In this document: positions 9,182-18,361 of the stretch, one piece after another
How positions within the stretch are numbered: position 1 is the first letter of the stretch
How the letters are laid out: each line of letters opens with the position of its first letter
Source: a virus
Taxonomy: Duplodnaviria; Caudoviricetes
IMG/VR virus record: IMGVR_UViG_3300046028_005371
Span: 1 to 54,960 of that record
Direction: 5' to 3' (one strand)
Length of the DNA stretch: 54,960 nt
Notes under the pieces: generated by a model
Told to the model about the DNA's origin: nothing
What the model saw: only the letters and a program-made list of their open reading frames with translations
Database searches by the model: none
Program-made: the position numbers and the translations under genes

Positions 9182-10398
9182 TTATATACTTTCAGAATAA
9201 CAATGTCTTCACTAAAGCGACCATTCAACACTGTCTCTGTAGTTTTAACACTCTTAGCAAACCAAGTTTCAAAACGCTTCTGCGTATTCTGCTCTTTGAA
9301 CTCTTTGATCTGTTCTGAAGGTTTACGCAGAGTCTTTTGCGTACTCTTTTCAGTAAATTCAGTAATACTACTGTTTTTAACTCCAAAGCCTGCACTAGTC
9401 TTAGCAATGTAATAACCAATCTTACGTGTTTTAACATTGAGTACAACAACACCTTGAGCACCAATAATAGTAGCAGGAGGCACTGATGTTACACCTAATT
9501 TAGTATCAGTCAACATAAACTTGAGTTTCTTAACAACTTCCTCTGCAGGCTTAATTTTAGTAGCACGTGGCTTCTTAAGCACTTTCTGCTCGGCGGCAAT
9601 TTGCTCACATGCTGCCATAATAGCATTGTAAAATTCAATCAATTTATTAACGTTCTTGCGACTGTTATGCTTGTATGCTTCTTTCAACTGATCGTCTGCC
9701 TTCCCACTAGACAACTCTAATAGTTCATCGTAGTTACGTTGGAAATAACCTTTGATGATACGTGAGTGAGCAGCCTTGGCACCCTTGCCTTTGAGAAGAT
9801 TAACAACTTTAATGTCTTTGGGATTAAATGCTTCTGGGTCAATGATCCAACTGTCAATGGCCGCATCAATTTCCTCACTCATACCACCTGCAGTTTCACG
9901 CAAACGATCTTGAATACTAGGAACATAAACTGCTGTGATCTTAGCTGCCTTAACTGGCTCGTTGGATTCGACCTCATCGTCTGCACCTTGATCAATAACT
10001 TTTTGGATTTCTACCTTGAGCCAATCTGCTGAATTCTTACCTTCGTTAAAACCTGCGTGAACCGCTGGCATACCCCGTAACAGGCAGGCCGCCAATGCCC
10101 CCATTGTGGTTCCGCAACGGCTGTCTTTGGTATCTTTAAATGCTCTAATAACATTTTTGTCGTAGCCATTATGTCCCATCCAGTTGATAACAGACGGCTT
10201 TAATTCTTTAGTAGACTTTTCCAAACGATACCAAGCCATAGCAGAATGGAAGAATCGTGTAAATTGAACTCCACTCCAATCGTAGGCACCATCCCATTTT
10301 GGACTGTAATCTCGCTTGGCATTCTCACGGATGCTTACGCTAGTGACTTTTTCTTTTTTAACTTTGGGTTTAATCTTAACGCCTGCTACTATTGCCAT
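9178..10398 (-). CDS. Large hypothetical phage protein (early-expressed)
   Basis: 406-aa ORF; AAGGAG RBS; consensus promoter upstream. Confidence 0.8.
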   Translation of the reverse strand: MAIVAGVKIKPKVKKEKVTSVSIRENAKRDYSPKWDGAYDWSGVQFTRFFHSAMAWYRLEKSTKELKPSVINWMGHNGYDKNVIRAFKDTKDSRCGTTMGALAACLLRGMPAVHAGFNEGKNSADWLKVEIQKVIDQGADDEVESNEPVKAAKITAVYVPSIQDRLRETAGGMSEEIDAAIDSWIIDPEAFNPKDIKVVNLLKGKGAKAAHSRIIKGYFQRNYDELLELSSGKADDQLKEAYKHNSRKNVNKLIEFYNAIMAACEQIAAEQKVLKKPRATKIKPAEEVVKKLKFMLTDTKLGVTSVPPATIIGAQGVVVLNVKTRKIGYYIAKTSAGFGVKNSSITEFTEKSTQKTLRKPSEQIKEFKEQNTQKRFETWFAKSVKTTETVLNGRFSEDIVILKVYK

Positions 10399-10430
10399 AA
10401 AGTACTCCTTGTTTGCTAGTGTATGTAGTT

Positions 10431-10459
10431 ATTATACACTGATTTTTACTCTATGTCAA
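10431..10459 (-). promoter_or_regulatory. Sigma70-type promoter
   Basis: TTGACA-17nt-TATAAT. Confidence 0.85.
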
Positions 10460-10743
10460 GAGTCGGTTTTACCAATTATGTCCGAATATTTGAGTAAAAA
10501 CATTGTACGTTTTGGTTCATTGAAAAAATCCAAATGGATACGTGTTACACAATAGTTGGTATTGTAACTAACGTCTCTACGATCAACATCGTGTTTAAAC
10601 CATTCTTGGTGTGTTCTAGAAGTAAAACCCAAAACTTCTCGCATCTTGTTGCGAACTAACAACACACTAGGAGGATACTCTTTGGCAATTTGATTGTAGA
10701 TTTTAAGCCAGTTTGCTTCGGATAGAACTACGGGTTTGCTCAT
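10456..10743 (-). CDS. Hypothetical phage protein
   Basis: Start taken at MSKPVVL; IHLDFFNEPKRTMFLLKY C-terminus. Confidence 0.6.
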   Translation of the reverse strand: MSKPVVLSEANWLKIYNQIAKEYPPSVLLVRNKMREVLGFTSRTHQEWFKHDVDRRDVSYNTNYCVTRIHLDFFNEPKRTMFLLKYSDIIGKTDS

Positions 10744-10768
10744 AGTTTTAGTATAGCATAAAATTAGT

Positions 10769-11305
10769 TTATTGTCTATGCCATTCGGCGTAGATTCTAC
10801 GGCCTTCTTGTTCCCAGCAACATTCCATGAGTCTGAATCCAAACTTGGTGCTTAGGCGAACATGCTCCTCTATGCTCCAGGGGTAAAAGTTAATTTGTTC
10901 ACAGCCCGGATCGGGGTGATCTTTTTGCCCGGGATTACAACGCCAGTAAATCCTGCCATGCGGTTCTAACAAATCGACAACCTTTTGTATTTGTCTTTCT
11001 ATATCTGCAATATTACCAAAGTTAATACTGCCCAGGCATAGTGCCACGTCAAACTTTTGATCTGTTGTAAATTCGTCTATTGTGCATTTTACATCTGCTT
11101 GATCAAACGCAGGATCTATACCTACAAGATTAGGAATAACTCTTTTAAAAGGATTTGTACCGCAACCTACATCTATAACTGTTTCATAGTTGCCTATTTT
11201 GTCAACAAGCTGTAGTCCTGATTTAGTATCCTTTCGACAAGGGTCACTGTTTTTGTGCCATACATTTCCGAAGTATTGATTGAGATAATTTTGATCGACT
11301 GTCAT
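10769..11305 (-). CDS. Class I SAM-dependent methyltransferase
   Basis: VIDVGCG, VGID and FDVALCLGSINF motifs. Confidence 0.85.
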   Translation of the reverse strand: MTVDQNYLNQYFGNVWHKNSDPCRKDTKSGLQLVDKIGNYETVIDVGCGTNPFKRVIPNLVGIDPAFDQADVKCTIDEFTTDQKFDVALCLGSINFGNIADIERQIQKVVDLLEPHGRIYWRCNPGQKDHPDPGCEQINFYPWSIEEHVRLSTKFGFRLMECCWEQEGRRIYAEWHRQ

Positions 11306-11332
11306 ATGTTCATTAAATATATATTTAATACT

Positions 11333-11908
11333 ATGTTACCTAACAGAATATTTTTTACTGGAGTGCCGGGTAGTCGGTGGAGTGGTATTGCTCAAACACT
11401 AGAACAACTAGATGGTTTTAATACCAGCGATCGTACTCCTGCTAGGTTATATAACCATAACCAATACAGTGGTCACCAAGGTGCTTACTTTGGAAAAGAC
11501 ATGGAACTAGAAGCCTACCTTGATGAACGCTACATTGACTATGCCTGGGCAGAGCAAGGTGGTACACGTATTGTTAAAAGTCATGACTGGGCTTATAAGT
11601 TAGATCTAGTTAGACAACAGTTTTCCGATGATTGGATTATGTTAGTTTATAGACCAGACATGGCCAGCTATGCTTGGTGGCACGAAGCAGGCGGATTTAG
11701 TATCAAGTATCCTAGTTATGTAGCATACAAAGACAGCGCAACTATGTTAGGTGAGATTGGTAAACAAAATAATAATATTTTACAATTTGCCAGCGAACAC
11801 GATTTAACATGGAATTATTTTACACCCAAATGGGTAGAACAACACTTTGGACAAAGGATTGAGGTAAACAAAAAATGGTCAGATATATTAGTAACGTTAT
11901 TAAAGTAA
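11333..11908 (+). CDS. P-loop sulfotransferase-like protein
   Basis: IFFTGVPGSRWS, VKSH, LVYR; paralog of 32966-33598. Confidence 0.55.
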   Translation: MLPNRIFFTGVPGSRWSGIAQTLEQLDGFNTSDRTPARLYNHNQYSGHQGAYFGKDMELEAYLDERYIDYAWAEQGGTRIVKSHDWAYKLDLVRQQFSDDWIMLVYRPDMASYAWWHEAGGFSIKYPSYVAYKDSATMLGEIGKQNNNILQFASEHDLTWNYFTPKWVEQHFGQRIEVNKKWSDILVTLLK

Positions 11909-12852
11909 TAGCAGTAGCACTGATTGCCACATCGGCACATGCCTGGGAGCCAACTAAACCTATAACAGCAGTTATTGGATTTGCCCCGGGTTCGGGCAAC
12001 GAATTAAGTTTTAGAGGAATTAGTAGCATCATTGAAAAAGCCAATCCAAAGATTAATTTTATTGTAGAAAATCGGCCCGGAGGTGATGGTACTATTGGTA
12101 TGAATCATTTTGTTAAATTGCCCAATGATGGATATCACATTTCTGTACCTAGCCATCAGGGAATATGGGTTACTGCTGATTTTGCTAATCCTGAAAACAA
12201 AAAATATACATTGGATGATTTTGAATATGTTATAACACTGGCAAAGAGTCCTCTTGCTATTATTGCCAATTCTGCCAGCACCGTTAACACACCTCGTGAG
12301 TTTTTAGACAGAGTTAAAAACACAGATACACCTCTTAACATTGCCGCAGGATCGGGTGCCCATAAACTGGCCTATGAGTACATGATGTATAATATCAAAG
12401 GCAATAGATCACTGGTTAAAACAGTTCCTTACAAAGGACCGGCACAGGCAGCTCAAGATGTAGCAGGCGGGCATGTAGAGTTTGGCATTATACCTGTAGC
12501 GGTTGCTAACACACTAACACAATCAGGTAAAATTAAGATCATTGCTTTGTGTAGCGAATATAAAATTGATGCTATTAAAGATGTGCCTTTAATGAAAGAT
12601 CTAATTCCAGGAATGAATGTTTATGCCGCCTGGGGTATTGTGTTACCTAAAAATACAAATAAAGAAATTGTCGATTGGTATGTAACTAACTTTACTACTG
12701 CTATTCGTTCTAACGAAGGTCAACGATTCTTACGTGATAATCTCATGTTTGCTGAACCTAAAGAACAAACACCTCAAGGATTTAAAGCCAGTATGATGAA
12801 ACTAAGAGAAAAATGGATCCCTATTATTAAAGAAGTTGGATGGGGTAATTAG
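11875..12852 (+). CDS. Tripartite tricarboxylate transporter substrate-binding protein (Bug/TctC family)
   Basis: Signal peptide; WEPTKPITAVIGFAPG, VENRPGGDGTIG, VPYKG and GGHVE motifs. Confidence 0.9.
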   Translation: MVRYISNVIKVIAVALIATSAHAWEPTKPITAVIGFAPGSGNELSFRGISSIIEKANPKINFIVENRPGGDGTIGMNHFVKLPNDGYHISVPSHQGIWVTADFANPENKKYTLDDFEYVITLAKSPLAIIANSASTVNTPREFLDRVKNTDTPLNIAAGSGAHKLAYEYMMYNIKGNRSLVKTVPYKGPAQAAQDVAGGHVEFGIIPVAVANTLTQSGKIKIIALCSEYKIDAIKDVPLMKDLIPGMNVYAAWGIVLPKNTNKEIVDWYVTNFTTAIRSNEGQRFLRDNLMFAEPKEQTPQGFKASMMKLREKWIPIIKEVGWGN

Positions 12853-13418
12853 AACTCATTGTTTTGGTCTACAACTATCCACCCTAGTTGTTTAAGATCT
12901 TCTCGTATTTCATCAGTTACTACACTCTCGGAGACAAATGCCTGTCCCTCTTTGTAAAAAATTTGTTGCTCTTCAGTCAGTATGGTAAATTCTTCAGGTG
13001 TTATTTCGTCGTTACCTCGGATACCACTACAATACCAGTCAATATAATCACCTTCTTCACGCATGTCGGCAATAATGCCCCCAGCACTTCTCCACGAGGC
13101 ACTCCACCGCTGATCCTTAAGGATAGGAATAACAGCTAACTTTTGGAAGTCATTGTTGCATATTGCGGCATATAGATTTTGAGAGTAGACTCGACTTTCT
13201 TTAACCTTGACACAAATCCATTCTGTGCTACGGAGATCATACTGCATATTATCTTTTTGCCATGCAGGATCTTCTAGATTAGCCTCATCCTGTTCACGCC
13301 AAGTTTTATACATTTGAATATAGTCGGGATTGGGCAACTTGCCTTCTTCTTCACAGCGTTTAATATAACCTTCTTTTTGAAAGGTATTCCGGTCAGGACT
13401 GCTTGATACTTTGCTCAT
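12849..13418 (-). CDS. Hypothetical phage protein
   Basis: QNLYAAICNN, SWRSAGGIIA, YIDWYCSG. Confidence 0.75.
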   Translation of the reverse strand: MSKVSSSPDRNTFQKEGYIKRCEEEGKLPNPDYIQMYKTWREQDEANLEDPAWQKDNMQYDLRSTEWICVKVKESRVYSQNLYAAICNNDFQKLAVIPILKDQRWSASWRSAGGIIADMREEGDYIDWYCSGIRGNDEITPEEFTILTEEQQIFYKEGQAFVSESVVTDEIREDLKQLGWIVVDQNNEF

Positions 13419-13566
13419 TTGGAGTTAATGGTCGGTTATTACAAAATTCACAATCACGGTCAGTACAGATGTCCTCAGACCACACATTGCACGATTCACA
13501 ATAGTAACAGTCGTACTTTTCTGAGTACGACTTTGGCTTTTTACAACAGAGTTTAGTTAAGTCCAT
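13393..13566 (-). CDS. Small Cys-rich (Zn-binding) protein, below the ORF-track cutoff
   Basis: 57 aa, MDLTKLCCKKPKSYSEKYDCYYCESCNVWSEDICTDRDCEFC... Confidence 0.6.
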   Translation of the reverse strand: MDLTKLCCKKPKSYSEKYDCYYCESCNVWSEDICTDRDCEFCNNRPLTPNEQSIKQS

Positions 13567-14402
13567 AGACTATCTCTTGCTTTAATAAGTCGGATCATCA
13601 TGGCTTCATCTTCTGCTTCGTAGGCTGCTTCGATTTCTTGTAGTAGCTTGTGTGACTTATTGCTCATTTCTTCAAGTTCAGGACTCCTGTCACTCCTAAA
13701 ACTTAACTTGCCGCCATTAGCTATTCTACTTGCTTCACAGTAGTCTGTCCAGCCACTTGCATCATATGGGTCAGGGCGGTTGCGATAAGTCACAGTCCAC
13801 CATGTGTATAACTCTTTAATTTCTTTGGCACGTTCTGCTTGTCTAGTAGGCTTGCCGTGGTTAGGATCAGTTTCTTCTATACCCCAGTCCGAACCCATTG
13901 TTAATGTTACGGCCCAGTCAAGATGATCTAAGCCTGCCTGAGGACAGCGCCATACACGCCAACGGAACCAACCACTTGCCCAGAATGGGGGATTGTATTT
14001 TGCACGGGCTTCTTTATCACCCCAGGCAATGTGGCTCCAAGCTGATTCTATCTCAACAAAATCAACCAGCTCATTGAATAAGCAAGGCAAAAAGCGGTTC
14101 CCCACATCCTGCCATTGACCCGGCTTAATATCCCGGGGATGAGCGGTAAGGCTATGAGTGCGACTAACCCAACGGTTGTTAATGTAGTACTTGATATCAT
14201 ATAGAGTCCTTATAGGCCATGTAACAAAATCTTGGATATGTCCAAGTGCTTCTTCCGCAAGCCAGTAGCGGAAGTTATGTTTCATTTGAGCCCGAGTGGT
14301 CCAGTCATCCCATTCCTCGCTGGTACCTGCGCTAAGTTTTTTAGTGCCGCGAATCCAGTCTGCAAAAGGAGTACAACTCCAGTAGTTTGTGTGTTGTGCC
14401 AT
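13557..14402 (-). CDS. Trp-rich hypothetical phage protein
   Basis: 281-aa ORF; TAATG coupling. Confidence 0.75.
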   Translation of the reverse strand: MAQHTNYWSCTPFADWIRGTKKLSAGTSEEWDDWTTRAQMKHNFRYWLAEEALGHIQDFVTWPIRTLYDIKYYINNRWVSRTHSLTAHPRDIKPGQWQDVGNRFLPCLFNELVDFVEIESAWSHIAWGDKEARAKYNPPFWASGWFRWRVWRCPQAGLDHLDWAVTLTMGSDWGIEETDPNHGKPTRQAERAKEIKELYTWWTVTYRNRPDPYDASGWTDYCEASRIANGGKLSFRSDRSPELEEMSNKSHKLLQEIEAAYEAEDEAMMIRLIKARDSLWT

Positions 14403-14836
14403 TACACTCTTTCGTATGTTTGTGCGAATATATCTTTCTTGACTACACCGTAGTCGTTTTCACCGTGACGGACAATAACGTCTTCGTCTGTGTTATAGTA
14501 TAACTTCTCTCCCCAGCTTGTGTCAACCGATCCGGAGTGATCAGCAAGTTTAGCTACTTTGACAATCTTCTTTGGTGTGCAAATGCCATCGCCTAGATCA
14601 TCTTTAAGTTCAGCAAACTTTTCTGGAGTAATTGGATACTGCTCACCTTTTGGTCCAGTCATAATATAGTAGCCTGCAGGATACTTAACTGGACCTTCCA
14701 GTGTGTCAATAGTGCCCGGCTCGTCTGCAATCTCATAACGTTCTCCAACAGGGCGCTTGTAGGTTTTAAAACCACCGTCCTTGAACCAGTCGTCGGTAAT
14801 GACAAGACCTTCTACAATGTTTATAAATTCACGCAT
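14402..14836 (-). CDS. Tandem PGDYG-like domain protein
   Basis: TLEG...GYYIMTGPKGEQYP and a second copy TSWG...DYGVVKKDIFAQTY; MREFINIVE N-terminus. Confidence 0.65.
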   Translation of the reverse strand: MREFINIVEGLVITDDWFKDGGFKTYKRPVGERYEIADEPGTIDTLEGPVKYPAGYYIMTGPKGEQYPITPEKFAELKDDLGDGICTPKKIVKVAKLADHSGSVDTSWGEKLYYNTDEDVIVRHGENDYGVVKKDIFAQTYERV

Positions 14837-15525
14837 TATTTTCTATCGCCAAAAAGTTGTAACAAGTTTAGGAACAAGTTGATAAAGTCCATGTAAAGAG
14901 TTAGAGCGCCACGAATTTCCACAACATCACTGGTATTGTAACTGACTTCTTCACGTATCTTTTGTGTGTCATAAGCTGTCAATCCTAGAAAGATGATAAT
15001 TGCCAGTGCAGAGATTACCATCTGCATTACTGTGCTGCCAATAAAGATATTAACAATGCTGGCAATCACAATAGCGATCAATCCAACAAACATAAACTTA
15101 CCAAGGCTATCCAGACTACGTTTGGTAAAGTAACCATAGCCACTCATAACACCAAACAAGATTGCCGCACCCATAAAAGCACTGACAATACTACCCATAG
15201 TAAAAATAGCAAAGATAGTGGCAAAGCTCAGACCCATTAATGCCGCAAAGCCATGTAGGCATAACTGCGCTACACTTTTGCTGGGATTGTTGCCCAGCAC
15301 ATAGCTAATACCAAAGATTGCCACTAGCGGTGCAAAGATCACAATCCATTTTAACACACCGGTAAAAAAGAATTGTAATAATTCTGGAGTCGTTCCTACC
15401 CAATAACTAACCATCATTGATACAATAACAGCAAGGCTCATGTGTCCATAGACACGACCCATTGCTGAGTTGATTTCGCTGGCAGAACGATATGACATTC
15501 CGCCTGTATAAGTTGTTCCAAACAT
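14836..15525 (-). CDS. Bax inhibitor-1/YccA family membrane protein
   Basis: About 7 TM helices; AYDTQKI and ALTLYMDFINLFL motifs. Confidence 0.92.
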   Translation of the reverse strand: MFGTTYTGGMSYRSASEINSAMGRVYGHMSLAVIVSMMVSYWVGTTPELLQFFFTGVLKWIVIFAPLVAIFGISYVLGNNPSKSVAQLCLHGFAALMGLSFATIFAIFTMGSIVSAFMGAAILFGVMSGYGYFTKRSLDSLGKFMFVGLIAIVIASIVNIFIGSTVMQMVISALAIIIFLGLTAYDTQKIREEVSYNTSDVVEIRGALTLYMDFINLFLNLLQLFGDRK

Positions 15526-15537
15526 TTTTACTCTCCT

Positions 15538-15897
15538 TTAAACAAATGATTTGAGATCGGGCGGTACCCAGCCCACGGGTTTTAAAACTTTACCATCTTC
15601 ACGTTTGCGAACTTTGCCAGTTTCGTGATCGATCTTGGCAAAGTTGGTTTTCATTACTTCTTTCCATGCACCTTCTGCATCTGCACCCATGCTATGGATA
15701 GCACCAATAGTAACAACTAAAATATCAATCAGTGCGTCTAATTGTTCTACTCTATCTTCTGATAATGTAGCTTCTAACAATTCCTGATGTTCTTCATTGA
15801 TAAGGTTAACATACATTGCATACTGTAGTTCATCAAATGAGTCTACGGTTTGATCGCAGGCCCGCATAAATTTTTCTTGGTCTCTAAAAGGATTCAT
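15538..15897 (-). CDS. MazG-like NTP pyrophosphohydrolase
   Basis: LINEEHQEL, DALIDILVV and KREDGKVLKP motifs. Confidence 0.85.
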   Translation of the reverse strand: MNPFRDQEKFMRACDQTVDSFDELQYAMYVNLINEEHQELLEATLSEDRVEQLDALIDILVVTIGAIHSMGADAEGAWKEVMKTNFAKIDHETGKVRKREDGKVLKPVGWVPPDLKSFV

Positions 15898-15898
15898 A

Positions 15899-16084
15899 TT
15901 AATCTACTAAAGTTAATTGTTTTTCGTTATAGATATGCAGGGCCCCTGCAATTTCTAAAACAGTACATTCTACTACTACCCTGCGTTCATTTGATAACGT
16001 ATCAAATACTGATACTACAACGCCCGGCCACCTGTATCCACTTGTTTTTTCTACTTTATCGCCAACTTTAAATTGTGCTTCCAT
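15899..16084 (-). CDS. DfrB/R67 (type II DHFR)-like SH3 protein
   Basis: FKVGDKVEKTSGYRWPG...GALHIY aligns by eye with R67 FGMGDRVRKKSGAAWQG...GSVQIY. Confidence 0.7.
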   Translation of the reverse strand: MEAQFKVGDKVEKTSGYRWPGVVVSVFDTLSNERRVVVECTVLEIAGALHIYNEKQLTLVD

Positions 16085-16092
16085 TATAACCC

Positions 16093-16842
16093 TTACATTG
16101 AATTCATTAGATCATTAACTATTTTTGATCTAGTCTTGGGAGTTTTTTCCCCTAATATAGCTAATCCGTATATATCGTTCTCATACGTAATCAACATTAC
16201 TAAACATCTACCTGCGGCATTTGTAAACCCTGTCTTACTGATCAGTATATTATTATATTTTACTATATCTGGATTGGTATTTTTAATAGGTAATACTATC
16301 TGTTTCTTTTTATTTTCGTAGTGAAGTTTTTCATTAGGACTCGATGACAACGAAATTATTAATGGCTGATTTCTTAAACTCCAAACAAAGTTTACTAGAT
16401 CTTCTGCGGTACTAACATTACCAGATCCTAATCCACTTGCATCTTCAATTTTGGTATTTTGTAATCCTATAACACCTGCCATATCGTTAACATCTCTAAT
16501 AAACTTCTGGTATCCACCTGGATACGTATGTGCCAATGTATCTGCTGATCTGTTATCACTTGCAATTAACATTGCCTTCATTAATTCAATTCTAGTAACC
16601 ATTGATCCGACAGGAAATTTTCCTGTACTTTTACCCTGAACTCTAACCTTTTCATTTAGGTCTAGATTTTCATTGAGAATCAACGATGCTGTAAATAACT
16701 TTGTAATGCTAGCAATAGAAACAACTTCGGTGTGTTGATTTCTAACAATAGACGTAGCATTGGTAAAATTATACAATTCTATACTACCAGCCTGACTAGA
16801 CAATACGGTATATAGTAGTAATCCTATTAAAAGTTTTTTCAT
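16093..16842 (-). CDS. D-Ala-D-Ala peptidase, family S11 (PbpG/DacA-like), secreted
   Basis: SITK, SDN and KTG motifs; signal peptide. Confidence 0.9.
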   Translation of the reverse strand: MKKLLIGLLLYTVLSSQAGSIELYNFTNATSIVRNQHTEVVSIASITKLFTASLILNENLDLNEKVRVQGKSTGKFPVGSMVTRIELMKAMLIASDNRSADTLAHTYPGGYQKFIRDVNDMAGVIGLQNTKIEDASGLGSGNVSTAEDLVNFVWSLRNQPLIISLSSSPNEKLHYENKKKQIVLPIKNTNPDIVKYNNILISKTGFTNAAGRCLVMLITYENDIYGLAILGEKTPKTRSKIVNDLMNSM

Positions 16843-17072
16843 CCACGACCACTTGTTGTTTTGTTAATAGATGGTCCTGCACTGGTAAAATCAATGCCAG
16901 CCATCTTTCCTTCGTATAATTTACCATTCCAAGTCATTGGAAGTTTAACACTTTTATTTAACACCACAGTGAGATTTTTTCTTTCTTTAAATTCAAATAC
17001 TACAGCTTCTACTGTTTTGCTTGAGTTTGCTTGTTTAACGGTACAGGTTTCACCGTATCTTATTATTTCCAT
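16839..17072 (-). CDS. Hypothetical phage protein
   Basis: Coupled ORF. Confidence 0.65.
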   Translation of the reverse strand: MEIIRYGETCTVKQANSSKTVEAVVFEFKERKNLTVVLNKSVKLPMTWNGKLYEGKMAGIDFTSAGPSINKTTSGRG

Positions 17073-17358
17073 CTTTGCCCCATCTTAGATAAAATTCACT
17101 TAGTTTTTTTGCTTCGAGTTCTGCTACTATAATATACTGGTGCCCATAAGTTTGGGCATCTACTTGCCTGTGCCACACAGGTTTATCAACAGCATGGTCC
17201 ATGACAAACTTACCTTGCTCACTCTCTTGCCAGTTCCACAGAGGTTCCGCGGCATACAAATCTGGATCTTCAACGTCGCCCATTGTAAATTGATGAACTA
17301 CTACCTTGTGAATTTCTTTCACAATATCGTTTTCAACTTTATATCTTAATGCTGCCAT
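17050..17358 (-). CDS. Hypothetical phage protein
   Basis: GDVEDPDLYAAEP motif; F.LRW C-terminus. Confidence 0.7.
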   Translation of the reverse strand: MAALRYKVENDIVKEIHKVVVHQFTMGDVEDPDLYAAEPLWNWQESEQGKFVMDHAVDKPVWHRQVDAQTYGHQYIIVAELEAKKLSEFYLRWGKDGNNKIR

Positions 17359-17681
17359 ATTAAATGAAATAAGGTTATAAACTTTTCAGCATCACGTTTG
17401 TATTTAAATTGCCACATGTCCCATGCAGTCCTATTGCAGTCTTTCCATTTTGATAGTTCTTTATCAGTCCACTCAACAATATCATCTAACATGATAGATC
17501 CTGAATTAATAGTATAGGATCCTCCTGAATCATGATGCCATTCTTCTTCAAGAGTTAATCTCCATTGATTTTTTACTTTTGTAAGAACTGGTTTAATACT
17601 AGGACCTTTTTCCATTGAATATTTTAAATCGCTGTATTCTGGATACGCTTGTCCTAGCATGTGGACCCATGCAGAACTCAT
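17346..17681 (-). CDS. Hypothetical phage protein
   Basis: WDMWQF...AEKFITLFHLIW. Confidence 0.65.
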   Translation of the reverse strand: MSSAWVHMLGQAYPEYSDLKYSMEKGPSIKPVLTKVKNQWRLTLEEEWHHDSGGSYTINSGSIMLDDIVEWTDKELSKWKDCNRTAWDMWQFKYKRDAEKFITLFHLIWQH

Positions 17682-18175
17682 TATACTTTTTTCTTCTTAA
17701 AGTATCTGCGTTTAGGTTTATCGTCTTTGAGATTTAGCGGACTATGGCTAACATCTTGTTTAGACTTTTCTAAGGCTGCATGGATAGCATCTGGACTAAT
17801 GTTATCATCTTCTTTGTAAAAGTCATCTAATGTACTGCCCATACCATCATGTCCGTCACCGTCATAATCTTCACCAGCATCCGAAACAAATGCCATTCCA
17901 GTCCTGGCCAACATTCGATGTGCGGCATCTGGATTAGTAAAAGCATCACGCAACGATCCAACGTGGCCGTCTTTAGTTTGACTGATAGTTTGCCATGTTC
18001 GAATCTCAAGCAACGGTTCTATCTCTGTAGGAATGGATACAACATAGTGCATATCATTATATCCCTCAATATTAAATGATTTAACTACAGTACCTTGTGT
18101 GGATTTATCATTAGCTCGACGAACACCGTAAATCCAAACAACATCACCTACATTATATTTCTTTTTAACTGTCAT
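17681..18175 (-). CDS. Hypothetical phage protein
   Basis: YNVGDVVW SH3/KOW-like start. Confidence 0.65.
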   Translation of the reverse strand: MTVKKKYNVGDVVWIYGVRRANDKSTQGTVVKSFNIEGYNDMHYVVSIPTEIEPLLEIRTWQTISQTKDGHVGSLRDAFTNPDAAHRMLARTGMAFVSDAGEDYDGDGHDGMGSTLDDFYKEDDNISPDAIHAALEKSKQDVSHSPLNLKDDKPKRRYFKKKKV

Positions 18176-18178
18176 ATT

Positions 18179-18349
18179 TTAACCCGCAGGTTGTGTTACT
18201 GCTTCTTTAGCTTCAAGAAGATCTTTGACAAACTTAATTGCTTTTCTGTCAGAATCGTAAACGAATTCTTGATCTTCATCTTCGTCGGTACGTAATGTTA
18301 CGATAACACCGTTACGTACCTTTCGAATTTCTATGCTTTCAAACAACAT
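18179..18349 (-). CDS. Small hypothetical protein, below the ORF-track cutoff
   Basis: 56 aa, MLFESIEIRKVRNGVIVTL...; AAGGA RBS. Confidence 0.6.
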   Translation of the reverse strand: MLFESIEIRKVRNGVIVTLRTDEDEDQEFVYDSDRKAIKFVKDLLEAKEAVTQPAG

Positions 18350-18361
18350 GGGGTTCCTTTC

